Below the pieces are notes generated by a model. The model was not told the DNA's origin. It did not search any database and was given only the letters and a program-made list of their open reading frames with translations. Shown here in pieces: positions 27,522 to 37,001 of a DNA stretch of 64,000 bases. The stretch is from NCBI GenBank assembly GCA_038207335.1, contig JBBQZX010000024.1:27313-91312 (forward strand), written 5' to 3'. This DNA is from Chthoniobacterales bacterium. GTDB lineage: Bacteria; Verrucomicrobiota; Verrucomicrobiia; Chthoniobacterales; Chthoniobacteraceae. Each line of letters opens with the position of its first letter. Within the stretch, counting starts at the first letter, position 1. Both the position numbers and the translations under genes were made by a program.

Positions 27522-27602
27522 TGCCGCAAAAAGCGCCCTCGCGCTTTGGCGTTTGGCGTTTTCACCTTCCCTCCCCCGCCTGCGCCGAGTCCACTCGCCG
27601 CG

Positions 27603-28208
27603 ATGATTACATTTCTCGAAGGCACGCTGATCGAGTCGCTGCCGACGCATGTCGTCCTTGCGGTGCATGGGGTCGGCTATCATGTTTTAATCCCGCTTTC
27701 GAGCTACGACAAACTCCCGGCACCCGGCGCGCAGATCAAGATTTTAACGCATCTCCAAGTCCGCGAAGACGCGCATGTTCTGTTCGGGTTCATGTCCACT
27801 GCGGAGCGCGATTTGTTCCGGTTGCTCGTGAGTCACGTCAGCGGCATCGGGCCGAAAACCGCGCTCGACGTGCTCAGCGGGATCAGCGTGACGAGCTTCA
27901 AGGCGGCGGTCGTGGCGGGCGATGCGGCGACGCTCGCGAAGAGCAAAGGCATCGGAAAAAAGACCGCTGAGCGGATCATCGTGGAGCTCAAGGACAAAGT
28001 CGGAGTCGCCGCCGCTTGGGAGGCCGCGAGCGCCGCGCACGCGCCAACGCCGCTGGAGGCGAAGATCAATGACGCCGTGCTGGCGCTCATCTCGCTCGGC
28101 TACAAGCAGGTGGATGCGCACAAGGCGATCAAGCAAGTGAGCGAGAAAACCGCTTCGGATTGCGCGGTGGAAGACCTCGTACGCGCCGCGCTGAAGGTGC
28201 TGATTTAA
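27603..28208 (+). CDS. ruvA: Holliday junction branch migration protein RuvA
   Basis: MITFLEG, GVGY, VREDAHVLFGF, SGIGPKTAL, GIGKKTAERIIVELKDK, ALISLGY. Confidence 0.96.
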   Translation: MITFLEGTLIESLPTHVVLAVHGVGYHVLIPLSSYDKLPAPGAQIKILTHLQVREDAHVLFGFMSTAERDLFRLLVSHVSGIGPKTALDVLSGISVTSFKAAVVAGDAATLAKSKGIGKKTAERIIVELKDKVGVAAAWEAASAAHAPTPLEAKINDAVLALISLGYKQVDAHKAIKQVSEKTASDCAVEDLVRAALKVLI

Positions 28209-29206
28209 AGCAGCTCCGCGATCTGCACGGCGTTGAGCGCCGCCCCTTTCAGGAGCTGATCGCCGGCCACCCAAAACGCGAGTCCATTCTCCATCGCGCA
28301 GTCGAGCCGCAGGCGGCCGACCTCGCAATTATCCTTCTCCGCGCAGTGCAGCGGGAGCGGGTAGAGATTGCCCACCGGGTCGTCCACGAGATCCAGCCCC
28401 GGCGCATTTTTAAAAACCTCGCGCGCCTCCGCGATCGACACCGTCCGCTCAAACTCCGCGCTCACCGCCACGCTGTGCGCACGATAAACCGGAACCCGCA
28501 CGCACGTCACCGACGCCTTGAATTCCGGGTGATGCATGATCCGCCGACCCTCCTGCTGCATCTTCATCTCCTCGCGCGTGTAGCCCGACTCGAGAAACGT
28601 ATCCACATGCGGCAGCACATTGAACGCGATCTGGTGCGGATACACTTTCGCCTCCACCGGCGTCCCCGCGCTGATCGCCGCGACCTGCGCGCGAAGCTCC
28701 TCGATCGCCTGCGCGCCCGTCCCGCTCACCGCCTGGTAGCTCGACGCAAACACTCGCTTCACCCCAAACGCCTTGTGCAGCGGATGCAGCGCCATGAGCG
28801 TGATCGCCGTGGTGCAGTTCGGATTCGCGATGATCCCGCGATGCCGCGGAATGTCCTCCGCATTGATCTCCGGCACGACCAACGGCACATGATCATCCAT
28901 GCGAAATGCGCTGGAATTATCCACGACCACAGCGCCCGCCGCGACCGCGAAAGGCGCGTACTTTTTCGAAATCCCGCCCCCCGCGCTGAACAACGCAACA
29001 TCGACGTCCGCGAAAGAATCCTCGCGCAATTCCTGAATCGTCACCGCCTCACCACGGAACGACAGCGTCTTCCCGACCGACCGCGCGGACGCGAGCAGCG
29101 TCAGTTTTCCCACAGGAAAATTGCGCTTCTCCAGCGTCTTGATCATCTCCACTCCGACCGCTCCGGTGGCTCCGACGATGGCGACATGCAAATTGCTTTT
29201 GCTCAT
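28205..29206 (-). CDS. asd: Aspartate-semialdehyde dehydrogenase
   Basis: VGATGAVG, DNSSAFRM, IANPNCTT, SYQAVSG, CVRVPV, LLKGAALNAVQIAE. Confidence 0.97.
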   Translation of the reverse strand: MSKSNLHVAIVGATGAVGVEMIKTLEKRNFPVGKLTLLASARSVGKTLSFRGEAVTIQELREDSFADVDVALFSAGGGISKKYAPFAVAAGAVVVDNSSAFRMDDHVPLVVPEINAEDIPRHRGIIANPNCTTAITLMALHPLHKAFGVKRVFASSYQAVSGTGAQAIEELRAQVAAISAGTPVEAKVYPHQIAFNVLPHVDTFLESGYTREEMKMQQEGRRIMHHPEFKASVTCVRVPVYRAHSVAVSAEFERTVSIAEAREVFKNAPGLDLVDDPVGNLYPLPLHCAEKDNCEVGRLRLDCAMENGLAFWVAGDQLLKGAALNAVQIAELL

Positions 29207-29241
29207 AAAAAGGGCGCGCAATGTAGGGAGTGAACACGCCA

Positions 29242-29688
29242 ATGCAAATCCGCATCCACATCCCCTCGCAGACGCTTGATCTCCTCGACGGCGACACGCT
29301 CCTCCGCCGGTACGTCGTCTCCACATCCCGCTTCGGCCTCGGTTCCGAGCCGGGCAGTAATCGCACACCGACGGGCAATTTTCGCATCGCTGAAATGCAC
29401 GGCGGCGACGCGGCGCAAGGCGAAATCCTCGTCGGCCGCGAGCGCACCGGACGCACCGGCGAGGAGGGCGACGATCACGACCACGTCCAGACGCGCATCA
29501 TCTGGCTCGACGGCATCGAGGAAGAAAATGCGAACACGAAAGAGCGCTACATTTACATCCACGGCACCAACGCCGAGTCGCACCTCGGCACGCCCGCGAG
29601 CATGGGCTGCGTGCGAATGAGCAACTCCGATGTCGCCGATCTTTTCGCCCGCGTCGAGCCCGGCATGCCAGTCGAGATACAGCCGTGA
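29242..29688 (+). CDS. L,D-transpeptidase (stand-alone YkuD domain, no evident signal peptide)
   Basis: YVVSTSRFG, TPTGNF, IYIHGT...PASMGCVRM catalytic His/Cys motif; ATG at 29242 (alternative GTG at 29230). Confidence 0.88.
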   Translation: MQIRIHIPSQTLDLLDGDTLLRRYVVSTSRFGLGSEPGSNRTPTGNFRIAEMHGGDAAQGEILVGRERTGRTGEEGDDHDHVQTRIIWLDGIEEENANTKERYIYIHGTNAESHLGTPASMGCVRMSNSDVADLFARVEPGMPVEIQP

Positions 29689-29804
29689 GCAGCACCGCGC
29701 GCGAAAAGTGTGCACGCTTCAAAAATGCGTTGTCTCGCCAACGCGAGTCCGCATGATGCCGCGCCACAGCCCACTGGCTCAGAAAGGAGGGAAAACACCA
29801 CACC

Positions 29805-29927
29805 ATGAAAATCATCGCGATCATTGCACTCGCCGCCGCCGCAATCGGCCTCAGCGCCTGCGCCCACAAGGACACAGGCTCGAGCTATTCCGGTTCCACG
29901 ACGACCAGCACCGGATACCACAAGTAA
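29805..29927 (+). CDS. 40-aa lipoprotein not in the ORF track: MKIIAIIALAAAAIGLSA-CAHKDTGSSYSGSTTTSTGYHK
   Basis: AGGAGG at 29785-29790, lipoprotein signal with LSAC lipobox, TAA at 29925-29927, terminator immediately downstream. Confidence 0.85.
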   Translation: MKIIAIIALAAAAIGLSACAHKDTGSSYSGSTTTSTGYHK

Positions 29928-29961
29928 GCCACCTCTCCCCCTGAGGAGGGCCCATTTGACT

Positions 29962-29996
29962 AGGCCAGGCCGACCCGTTCGGCCTGGCCTTTTCTT
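29962..29996 (+). terminator. Rho-independent terminator
   Basis: 12-bp stem AGGCCAGGCCGA/TCGGCCTGGCCT, 5-nt loop, TTTCTT tail. Confidence 0.85.
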
Positions 29997-30049
29997 ATGT
30001 AAAAATCACCCCTTCGTGATTCTCTCACGTCCCGCGAAACCGCAAAGAG

Positions 30050-30160
30050 AGCGCATGCCCCGCCTTCATCCTCCCAAAACTCCGAACCCCTGCGGAGACT
30101 CCTCCGGGGCCATCATCAAACCTCACGCACCTCGCGGAGACGTCTCCGGGGCACTGGTGA
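30050..30160. repeat. Degenerate 42-bp-period repeat
   Basis: GCGGAGACnnCTCCGGGGC at 30092 and 30134; weaker third unit upstream. Confidence 0.5.
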
Positions 30161-30380
30161 AAACTTCGGATAAATATCCACCCCCCCAACCCCTTTGTAA
30201 ACTCCCTCAACTTTCCAAAATCGTCCACCCGTCCCCTGTCAACGTCCCACCCGTCTCCTCGCCAACCCCTCTGGCAACCCCCTCAAACATCGAAACCAGC
30301 TTTCCGCCCCCCCCGAGCGATTTTTGTCCCAAACTCTAGGTTTTCGGATGTTCCACTTCGAAACGCCAATTTCACTCCGC

Positions 30381-31403
30381 ATGAAACAACTCAAAAAGAG
30401 CACCCGCTTGAAATCCCTCGCAGTGGTGGCGCTGCTCTACCTCCCACTCCATAGCTACGGCTACGAAATCTGGATGGGAACGCTCGGCTGGGAGAAAGAA
30501 ATGGTCACATCCCCCGAAGCGTGGGCCGGCACCGCAGCCGCAGTCGATGGCCTCAACGTCAACTGGGCGCCAGGCAAGAACAACCCCAACCGACTCAGCC
30601 TTGCGGACCGCAAAGCCGTCATCGAGCGTTTCACCCGCGCCAAAAACCACGCCTACCAAGTCGTCCCGCATGGAGATACCCGGAAAACCGACGAGAGCGA
30701 ATGGGAAAGAACATTTAGCAGAGCCAAAGAATTCGGATACAAACTCGATTACCTCTACACCTACAGCAGCGGCCCCCAAAAGAACTGGAAACCCGAAGAG
30801 CACGACATCCTGCGAAAATGGCTCGATAATAACGGCCACGCCGAAGTCAAGATCGCCTTCAACGGCCGCTCGGGCCGCGGCGTGCTGGAAAGGCCGACAG
30901 TGCAAGGCAACGGCATAGAGTGCGATCTAACATCGTGGAAAGAAAACAAAGGCGAAAGACACGAACTTCTCCAATGGATGGCAGACCCGCAGAACGCAGC
31001 CACCAAAGGCGAAAAAATCGTCATCCACTGCCACCTGAACTTCGGCAAAAGCAGCACCCAAGCCGACCTAGTGGACGCATGGGCAGGCGCCCGCCTCATG
31101 ATCCGAGACATCAGCCGTGACATCTTCAACACAAAAGCACTCCAAGAAGTGTTCCGCTCCGACAGACTCGTCTTTGCCTTCTTCGGAGAGAACTGGAGAA
31201 CCCCCGAAATAACCCTCCTACCTGAAACCAAAGACACCATCACCTACGCGGAAAGCTATACCGGCCTCCTTCTCTCGCTAGTCGAACAGCGTGCCCTATT
31301 CGAAGGCCGCACCGGCACCTTCCCCACCGATGAGCAATGCAAAAGCTTCACAAGAGTCCCCCCGCCAAAGCACCCCGCCCTTGATTCCGACCCCGAGCGA
31401 TAA
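30381..31403 (+). CDS. Hypothetical secreted protein of atypical (A/C-rich, lower GC) composition
   Basis: Signal peptide MKQLKK...LPLHSYG; 340 aa; many A-ending codons unlike neighbours. Confidence 0.75.
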   Translation: MKQLKKSTRLKSLAVVALLYLPLHSYGYEIWMGTLGWEKEMVTSPEAWAGTAAAVDGLNVNWAPGKNNPNRLSLADRKAVIERFTRAKNHAYQVVPHGDTRKTDESEWERTFSRAKEFGYKLDYLYTYSSGPQKNWKPEEHDILRKWLDNNGHAEVKIAFNGRSGRGVLERPTVQGNGIECDLTSWKENKGERHELLQWMADPQNAATKGEKIVIHCHLNFGKSSTQADLVDAWAGARLMIRDISRDIFNTKALQEVFRSDRLVFAFFGENWRTPEITLLPETKDTITYAESYTGLLLSLVEQRALFEGRTGTFPTDEQCKSFTRVPPPKHPALDSDPER

Positions 31404-31718
31404 TCAGTAGCATGGCTGCTTGCATAACGCGCAGGCATCTCCACCGCGCCTTTCAACTCCCCGCGCGTCAACCGCGCCGCCTGCCCGACGAGCCATAGGT
31501 ATTGTTCATCCGGCATGCCCGGCTTCACCACGAAAAACTCGCACCATCCGGGGGATCGCTGCGGCATTGAATTGCCGGCCTTCGTTCATCTCGAAACATC
31601 GCCAACGGTAGGGCGCCCCCGCCCCCACTGGAACCGTCCGCTGAGGGCGCGGCTGCCTTATGTCATTCGAGTTTCGCGCGCGCGGCAGCCGGGCGCAGCA
31701 TTTACCCTCGTCGGCGCG

Positions 31719-32573
31719 TCAGAACTGCCAGGTCAGCCCGAGCGATGCGCCTGCGGACTGATACGATGCGCGGAGTTGCGTCGAATCGTTGTCCACGAAA
31801 TTGCCGCTCAACGTGGTGAAGAGGTGCGCATTGATCTGATACGACAAATTCACGATGGCGATGTGGCGGAGGTCTCTCCGGGACACCTCGTCGTAATTCG
31901 AATGCTGAAATGCATAGATCAACTGGCCGTAGAGCTTCGGCGCAATGTGGTGCGTGATGCCCGCAAGCACACGATTTTGTGACAGCGTGTCGATGCCGGG
32001 ATCCGCATAGTAGTGCGTGAAGCTGTATCCAAAAAACGCGAGCGTGTTGCCATTGTTGAACCCAAATCCCCAGTCGGTGCCAGCGGTCAGACCGATGGCT
32101 TGCGAGATCAAGCCGCCGTTGTCGTAGCTGTCGTATCGATACGGTTCGGCACCGATGTAGATGCGCGGAAGATTCGGCTTCGGACGCCAGTCGAGGGTGG
32201 TCGTCGCCGAGTAGCCGATGAACGAGCGCTCATCGAATCGCGAATAGACCGCACTCTCGATTTTTGCATCGAGGTCGAATGTGAAGCCCTTCCCGAGTTT
32301 CGCATTCACGCCGCCCTCGACCGTCGGGAAAAAGAGAAAATCTCCGCTGGCGTGATTGCCCGTCAGCTTGGCATTGCTCGTGTAGGTCCCGACGGTGCTG
32401 ACATCGCCGCGGAATTTCACAGCCGCTTCCTCCTCGATCACACCGAGATCCTCGACGGAAGTAGTGCTCTGCTGCGAAGTGCTAAACGATTTTCCATCGC
32501 CCGCTACGGCGGTGGCTGCCGCGAAACCGCTGAGAAGCGGGACGATCGAAAGAAGAAAATGACGAGTGTTCAT
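31719..32573 (-). CDS. Outer-membrane beta-barrel protein
   Basis: Signal peptide; alternating amphipathic strands; C-terminal GLTWQF BAM-type signature. Confidence 0.8.
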   Translation of the reverse strand: MNTRHFLLSIVPLLSGFAAATAVAGDGKSFSTSQQSTTSVEDLGVIEEEAAVKFRGDVSTVGTYTSNAKLTGNHASGDFLFFPTVEGGVNAKLGKGFTFDLDAKIESAVYSRFDERSFIGYSATTTLDWRPKPNLPRIYIGAEPYRYDSYDNGGLISQAIGLTAGTDWGFGFNNGNTLAFFGYSFTHYYADPGIDTLSQNRVLAGITHHIAPKLYGQLIYAFQHSNYDEVSRRDLRHIAIVNLSYQINAHLFTTLSGNFVDNDSTQLRASYQSAGASLGLTWQF

Positions 32574-32584
32574 GGCTGGAACTT

Positions 32585-33439
32585 TCAAAGGTTGCCGCGG
32601 AAGGTCGGGCTCGGGGACGTGCGCGGTCTCCGGCTCGGTGTCGGAGGAGGAGGAGGCGTCGGCGTCGGCGTCCCTTGCGGCTTCTTATCCTTCTTTTGCT
32701 TCTCCGCTTTCGGCTCGGGGAAATATTTTCTCAGCGCACCGGGATGGTTCTGCGTGCGCTCGAGATCGTCGAAGACCGCGAGGTTTGCGGGAAGCGTCGA
32801 TTGCGTGAGCAGCACGTTTAGATCGAAGCCGGGCATCTGCCCATTGAACGACATCAGCTTTCCGTCGAACGCCTTCGACATGTCAAACGGCGCGATCGTG
32901 ATCGTGCCATCAGCGTTGCGCCGCGCGAATTGCCCAGCGCCGACCTTCAATCCCGACGGCACGAGCGTCACCTCGCCCTTGAGGATCGCGATGATGTTTT
33001 CGGAAACTTTGCCGACCGTGCCGGTGATTGCCGCCGTGAGGCTCGGAGTCTTGATCGTGCCGCCGCCCGCGCCTTTCGGGATGTAGAAAATGAGCGTGCC
33101 CTTATCGAGCGAGAGCGTGCGCGAAGAGGCGTCGAACGAGAAAACCGTGTTCTGCCCGATGCGCACGACGGAGCCGTCTTCGTATTTCAGCTCCGCCCTC
33201 GATTCGGTTTCGGTCAGGAGAAAATTGTTTGCGTGGACGACATCGGACGCTACCGCCGGTCGCTTGTTGGTGCGGCCCCCTTTGACTTCGCCGTAGTTCA
33301 CGGTGTTCTCGACTTTCGTGACTGTGGCCTCGCTAAACTGCGCGCCGTGTCCGGCGAGTGAAAGGAGGCTCAGGGTGATGCCCGCCGTAAGGATCGGCAG
33401 GAGGCGTAGTCGGTTTTTAGAAAACACGGCGCGAACCAT
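32585..33439 (-). CDS. FecR-domain periplasmic protein with Pro/Thr tail
   Basis: LTETESRAELKYEDGSVVRIGQNTVF...TIKTPSLTAAITGT FecR pattern; start MVRAVFS. Confidence 0.85.
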   Translation of the reverse strand: MVRAVFSKNRLRLLPILTAGITLSLLSLAGHGAQFSEATVTKVENTVNYGEVKGGRTNKRPAVASDVVHANNFLLTETESRAELKYEDGSVVRIGQNTVFSFDASSRTLSLDKGTLIFYIPKGAGGGTIKTPSLTAAITGTVGKVSENIIAILKGEVTLVPSGLKVGAGQFARRNADGTITIAPFDMSKAFDGKLMSFNGQMPGFDLNVLLTQSTLPANLAVFDDLERTQNHPGALRKYFPEPKAEKQKKDKKPQGTPTPTPPPPPTPSRRPRTSPSPTFRGNL

Positions 33440-33565
33440 TTTTATAAATGTCAAATCCGTCAACTCAAATTTCGCGTATCGAACCAAGGCCGAGTTTAGA
33501 ACCACGAAGGCTTTTTGGCGCCCTCCGGCGTTGTCCGCGTGCCGGGAGCGGATATTATCGAGGCG

Positions 33566-35644
33566 ATGACCTCGGGCAAAAGCCAGCACCGCCGCAGCCT
33601 CGCGCTCTGCGTCCTCCTCTGCACGGGAGTCGTGATGGTGCTCCGCGCGGTCGGGTTTTTCTACCTGCTGCTGCTCGACTTTCACGCGCAGGACTGGATC
33701 ACGCGTTATGGCCGCGCGGCCACCGGCGATCCGCGCATCGCTTTCCTCGCGATCGATCAGGCGACGCAAACGCTCGATGCGCCGTTCCCGAGCGAGATCG
33801 CGGCATCGCCGGCGCTCACTTTGATGAGGGAGCACGGCTTCCCGTGGCCGCGGGAGGTCTATCCGCTCATCATCGAGCGCCTCGTGGGTGCCGGGGCAAA
33901 GGTGGTCGCATTCGATCTTCTTTTCCCGGCCGCGCGCGAGGACGATGAACTCATGCGCGCGGGCCTCGACCGCTTCCGAGAGCATGTCGTGGTCGGGTGC
34001 AATATCACCGACATCGGCGACACGGTGAATCTCGCGCTGCCCACCGCGACGCTGATCCCGCAGACGCGGCCCGTCGATCCGCGCGTGGGATTCGTCAATT
34101 TCTGGAGCGATCTCGATGGTGTCGTGCGGCGCGCGTATTTCCGCCGCAGCCTCCTCGAGATCGACGGCAGGCCCGCGGGCGATGACGACTCGGTGCTCGA
34201 ATCCCTCGCCGCACGCGCCGCGCGCCAGGCCGGCCTCACCGACCTCATCCCCGCGGATCGGAAGAGCCACATCCTCCGGTACGCGAGTGGCGACGGGAGC
34301 CTCACGCCGCACTCACTCTACGGAATATTCGTGCCGAGCATCTGGCACGGGAACTTCGGCGACGGCGCATTTTTCAAGGACAAGATCGTCGTGGTGGGCC
34401 CCGAAGGCCACGCGTTCAAAGACCTCGCGCTGAGTCCACTCGGCCAGATCGGTGGGCCCATGTTTCACCTCAATTCGCTGAACGCGCTGCTCCGCGGTGA
34501 ATTCCTGAGCGAGACCTCCGAGCGCACCAATCTCCTGCTCATCGCCGCATGCGGGCTGCTCTCCGGGCTGCTCGGTTGGCTCGTGCGGCAGCCGCTCCTC
34601 CGCGTGTTTTTACTCGCCGCGGCAGCAGGCACTTACATCGCGCTCGCGTTCGTTTTTTTCAACGCGGGCACGTATCTGCTCGTCGCGAGTCCGCTGCTCG
34701 CACTGGTCGGCAGCGGCGGCGCGTTTTCCATCGTGGAGCAGGTGCTCGAGCGGTTGGAAAAGTCGCGGATTCGCCGGCAATTCGAGAGCTTCGTGTCGCG
34801 CGATGTCGTGAAGGAATTGCTCGACAACCCCGACAGCTACCTCAACACGATCGGTGGCCGGCGCAAAAACATCACCGTGTTTTTCTCGGACATCCGCGGC
34901 TTCACCACCATCACAGAAAGCGCGGACGCGCAGCAGCTCGTGCAGCAGCTCAACGAATACTTCACCGAGATGGTGCGCATCGTTTTCGCCCATCGCGGCA
35001 CGCTGGATAAATTCATCGGCGACGCGGTGATGGCGCACTGGGGAAGCCTCACGAGCGATGGCGAGGAAATCGAGGCGCGGCGCGCGGTCGCGGCGGCGCT
35101 GGAAATGCGCGCGGCACTCGAGCGACTGAATACGCAGTGGAAAAGTCGAGCGCTCCTCGAGCTGCGTGTCGGAATGGCGGTCAATCACGGTGAGGCGATC
35201 GTCGGCAAACTCGGCTCGGACGAGAAACGGGAATTCACCGCAATCGGCGACGCCGTGAATCTCACGTCGCGACTCGAGGGCGCGACGAAGGCCTTTCACA
35301 CCGACCTGCTCATCGGAGAAAAAGTCGCCCCGTTGATTCGCGACGCGTTTGTCCTCCGCACCGTCGATCTTCTGCAAGTCGCTGGCCGCAACAAGCCGGT
35401 GCAAGTCTTCACCGTGCTCTCATCCACGAAGTGCGACCCGCCACCGTGGCTCGCGCGATACGAGGAAGGCGTCCGGCTTTACCGCGCGCGCGACTTCGCC
35501 GGAGCGATCACCGCATTTTCCGAAATGACCCAAGCACTGCCCGACGACTGGCTGGCAGAAGAATATCTGCGCCGCGCCATGACCTACGCTGCGACACCAC
35601 CGGACGCCGACTGGGACGGCGTCTTCGTAATGGGCACGAAGTAG
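33566..35644 (+). CDS. CHASE2-domain class III adenylate cyclase with C-terminal TPR-like region
   Basis: FPWPRE, VAFDLLF, DLDGVVRR, FKDKIVVVG (CHASE2); FSDIRGFT, DKFIGDAVMA, TAIGDAVNLTSRLE (cyclase); WDGVF end. Confidence 0.93.
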   Translation: MTSGKSQHRRSLALCVLLCTGVVMVLRAVGFFYLLLLDFHAQDWITRYGRAATGDPRIAFLAIDQATQTLDAPFPSEIAASPALTLMREHGFPWPREVYPLIIERLVGAGAKVVAFDLLFPAAREDDELMRAGLDRFREHVVVGCNITDIGDTVNLALPTATLIPQTRPVDPRVGFVNFWSDLDGVVRRAYFRRSLLEIDGRPAGDDDSVLESLAARAARQAGLTDLIPADRKSHILRYASGDGSLTPHSLYGIFVPSIWHGNFGDGAFFKDKIVVVGPEGHAFKDLALSPLGQIGGPMFHLNSLNALLRGEFLSETSERTNLLLIAACGLLSGLLGWLVRQPLLRVFLLAAAAGTYIALAFVFFNAGTYLLVASPLLALVGSGGAFSIVEQVLERLEKSRIRRQFESFVSRDVVKELLDNPDSYLNTIGGRRKNITVFFSDIRGFTTITESADAQQLVQQLNEYFTEMVRIVFAHRGTLDKFIGDAVMAHWGSLTSDGEEIEARRAVAAALEMRAALERLNTQWKSRALLELRVGMAVNHGEAIVGKLGSDEKREFTAIGDAVNLTSRLEGATKAFHTDLLIGEKVAPLIRDAFVLRTVDLLQVAGRNKPVQVFTVLSSTKCDPPPWLARYEEGVRLYRARDFAGAITAFSEMTQALPDDWLAEEYLRRAMTYAATPPDADWDGVFVMGTK

Positions 35645-35705
35645 GTGCTGCCTACTTCATTCGGAAATATACTGCGGCGAGCGCGGCACTAAAAAATCTC
35701 GACGG

Positions 35706-36983
35706 CTACTTCCCTGACACGTCCACGCAGACCGCTTCCTTTGTGCTGCGGGCGTAGATGCGGCCGTTGGCGAGCACGGGGGTAGTCCAGCATTTGCCGT
35801 CAAGGATGTCGGCGCGCGCAAGCTCTTTATATGCAGTAGGGTTTGCGTCGATGAGCACCAGTTCGCCCGCGTCGGAGAGTGCCACGACTTGATCCCCCGC
35901 GAGGATGACCTGCCCCGGACCGAAGCCCTCCTTCTCCCACTTCACCTGTCCGGTCGCGATCTCCACGCACTTGATCGGCCCCTTGCCGTATTCTTTGAAT
36001 TGGAACATGCCGTAGAGAAATCCGTCCTTAACCACCGGCGTGCTCCAGTGGTTTGCCAGCGGCTTATTGCTGCGGATGCGATAGAGCTCGGTCGCTGTGA
36101 ACTTGTCGCCCTGCTTCGTGATTTTCACCGCGCCCGCGCCGACGCCGTAGCCCGCCGAGCAATAGACGATGTCACCCGAGACGACCGGCGACGCGGCGGT
36201 GGAGGTGCTGTAGTCGAATTTGTAGCGCCACAGTTCCTTGCCCGTCTTCGGCTCGACGGCGACGAGGCCGGATTGCACAAAGAAGATGATTTGCCCCTGA
36301 GCGAGGATATTCGTCGCGACGGGCGTCGCGTGCGTCATCTTCTCGTCAAAGGCCTTCCACACGACCGCGCCGTCTTTCGGGTTCAGCGCCAGCAGTGACT
36401 CCCCCGCCCCTCCCCCCGCCACGTATAGAAGCCCGCCCGCGAGCAGCGGAGACGCGGCATTTTGCCACTGGATATTGCGCCCGCCATGGTCTTTCAAAAG
36501 ATCGACTGTCCACGCGACTTTGCCCGTCGCCGCATCGAAGGCGCGCACGGCGAGCTGCGAGGAAATGGTATAGACCTGCGTGGCGTCGGCGGTCGGCGTC
36601 GAGCGCGGGCCGTCGCCGCCCTTGTTTTCGGACGTGCCAGAGTCGCCGCCGCCGTCGTACTTCGCGAAATTCAGCGGGGCAAACCACAGCTCCTTGCCGG
36701 TATTGGCATCAAGCGCCACGACACTCTCCTGCTTCGCGCCGTCCGCCTCTTTCAGCGAAAGAGTGAACGCGCGCCCGCCCACGACTGCGAAGGAGCTGAA
36801 CCCGCCCTCGCTCGGCGTCTTCCAGATTTCCTTCGGCGCTCCGCTCGTCCACGGCTTCACGATTTTTTCTTCAGTCGTGCCGTTGGTCCGGATGCCGCGG
36901 TACTGGTTCCAGTCGGCGGCGTGCAGGGGCAGCGCGGCGAGCGAGAGGAGAGTCGGGAGGAGGATGCGGGCGGTGGTGTTCAT
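35706..36983 (-). CDS. PQQ-binding-like beta-propeller protein (PVC-expanded BamB-like family)
   Basis: ADWNQYRG, LDANTGKELW, GPRSTP, ASPL, WTTPVLANGRIYAR. Confidence 0.88.
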   Translation of the reverse strand: MNTTARILLPTLLSLAALPLHAADWNQYRGIRTNGTTEEKIVKPWTSGAPKEIWKTPSEGGFSSFAVVGGRAFTLSLKEADGAKQESVVALDANTGKELWFAPLNFAKYDGGGDSGTSENKGGDGPRSTPTADATQVYTISSQLAVRAFDAATGKVAWTVDLLKDHGGRNIQWQNAASPLLAGGLLYVAGGGAGESLLALNPKDGAVVWKAFDEKMTHATPVATNILAQGQIIFFVQSGLVAVEPKTGKELWRYKFDYSTSTAASPVVSGDIVYCSAGYGVGAGAVKITKQGDKFTATELYRIRSNKPLANHWSTPVVKDGFLYGMFQFKEYGKGPIKCVEIATGQVKWEKEGFGPGQVILAGDQVVALSDAGELVLIDANPTAYKELARADILDGKCWTTPVLANGRIYARSTKEAVCVDVSGK

Positions 36984-37001
36984 GGGTGTGTGGAAAGTGA
37001 G

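Noticed and set aside
31256..31567. Minus-strand 103-aa ORF and a GCATAAC inverse-core-like heptamer at 31422
   Set aside because: The ORF overlaps the end of the 30381 gene and has no recognisable family; no matching GTTATGC upstream, so a cassette call is unsupported
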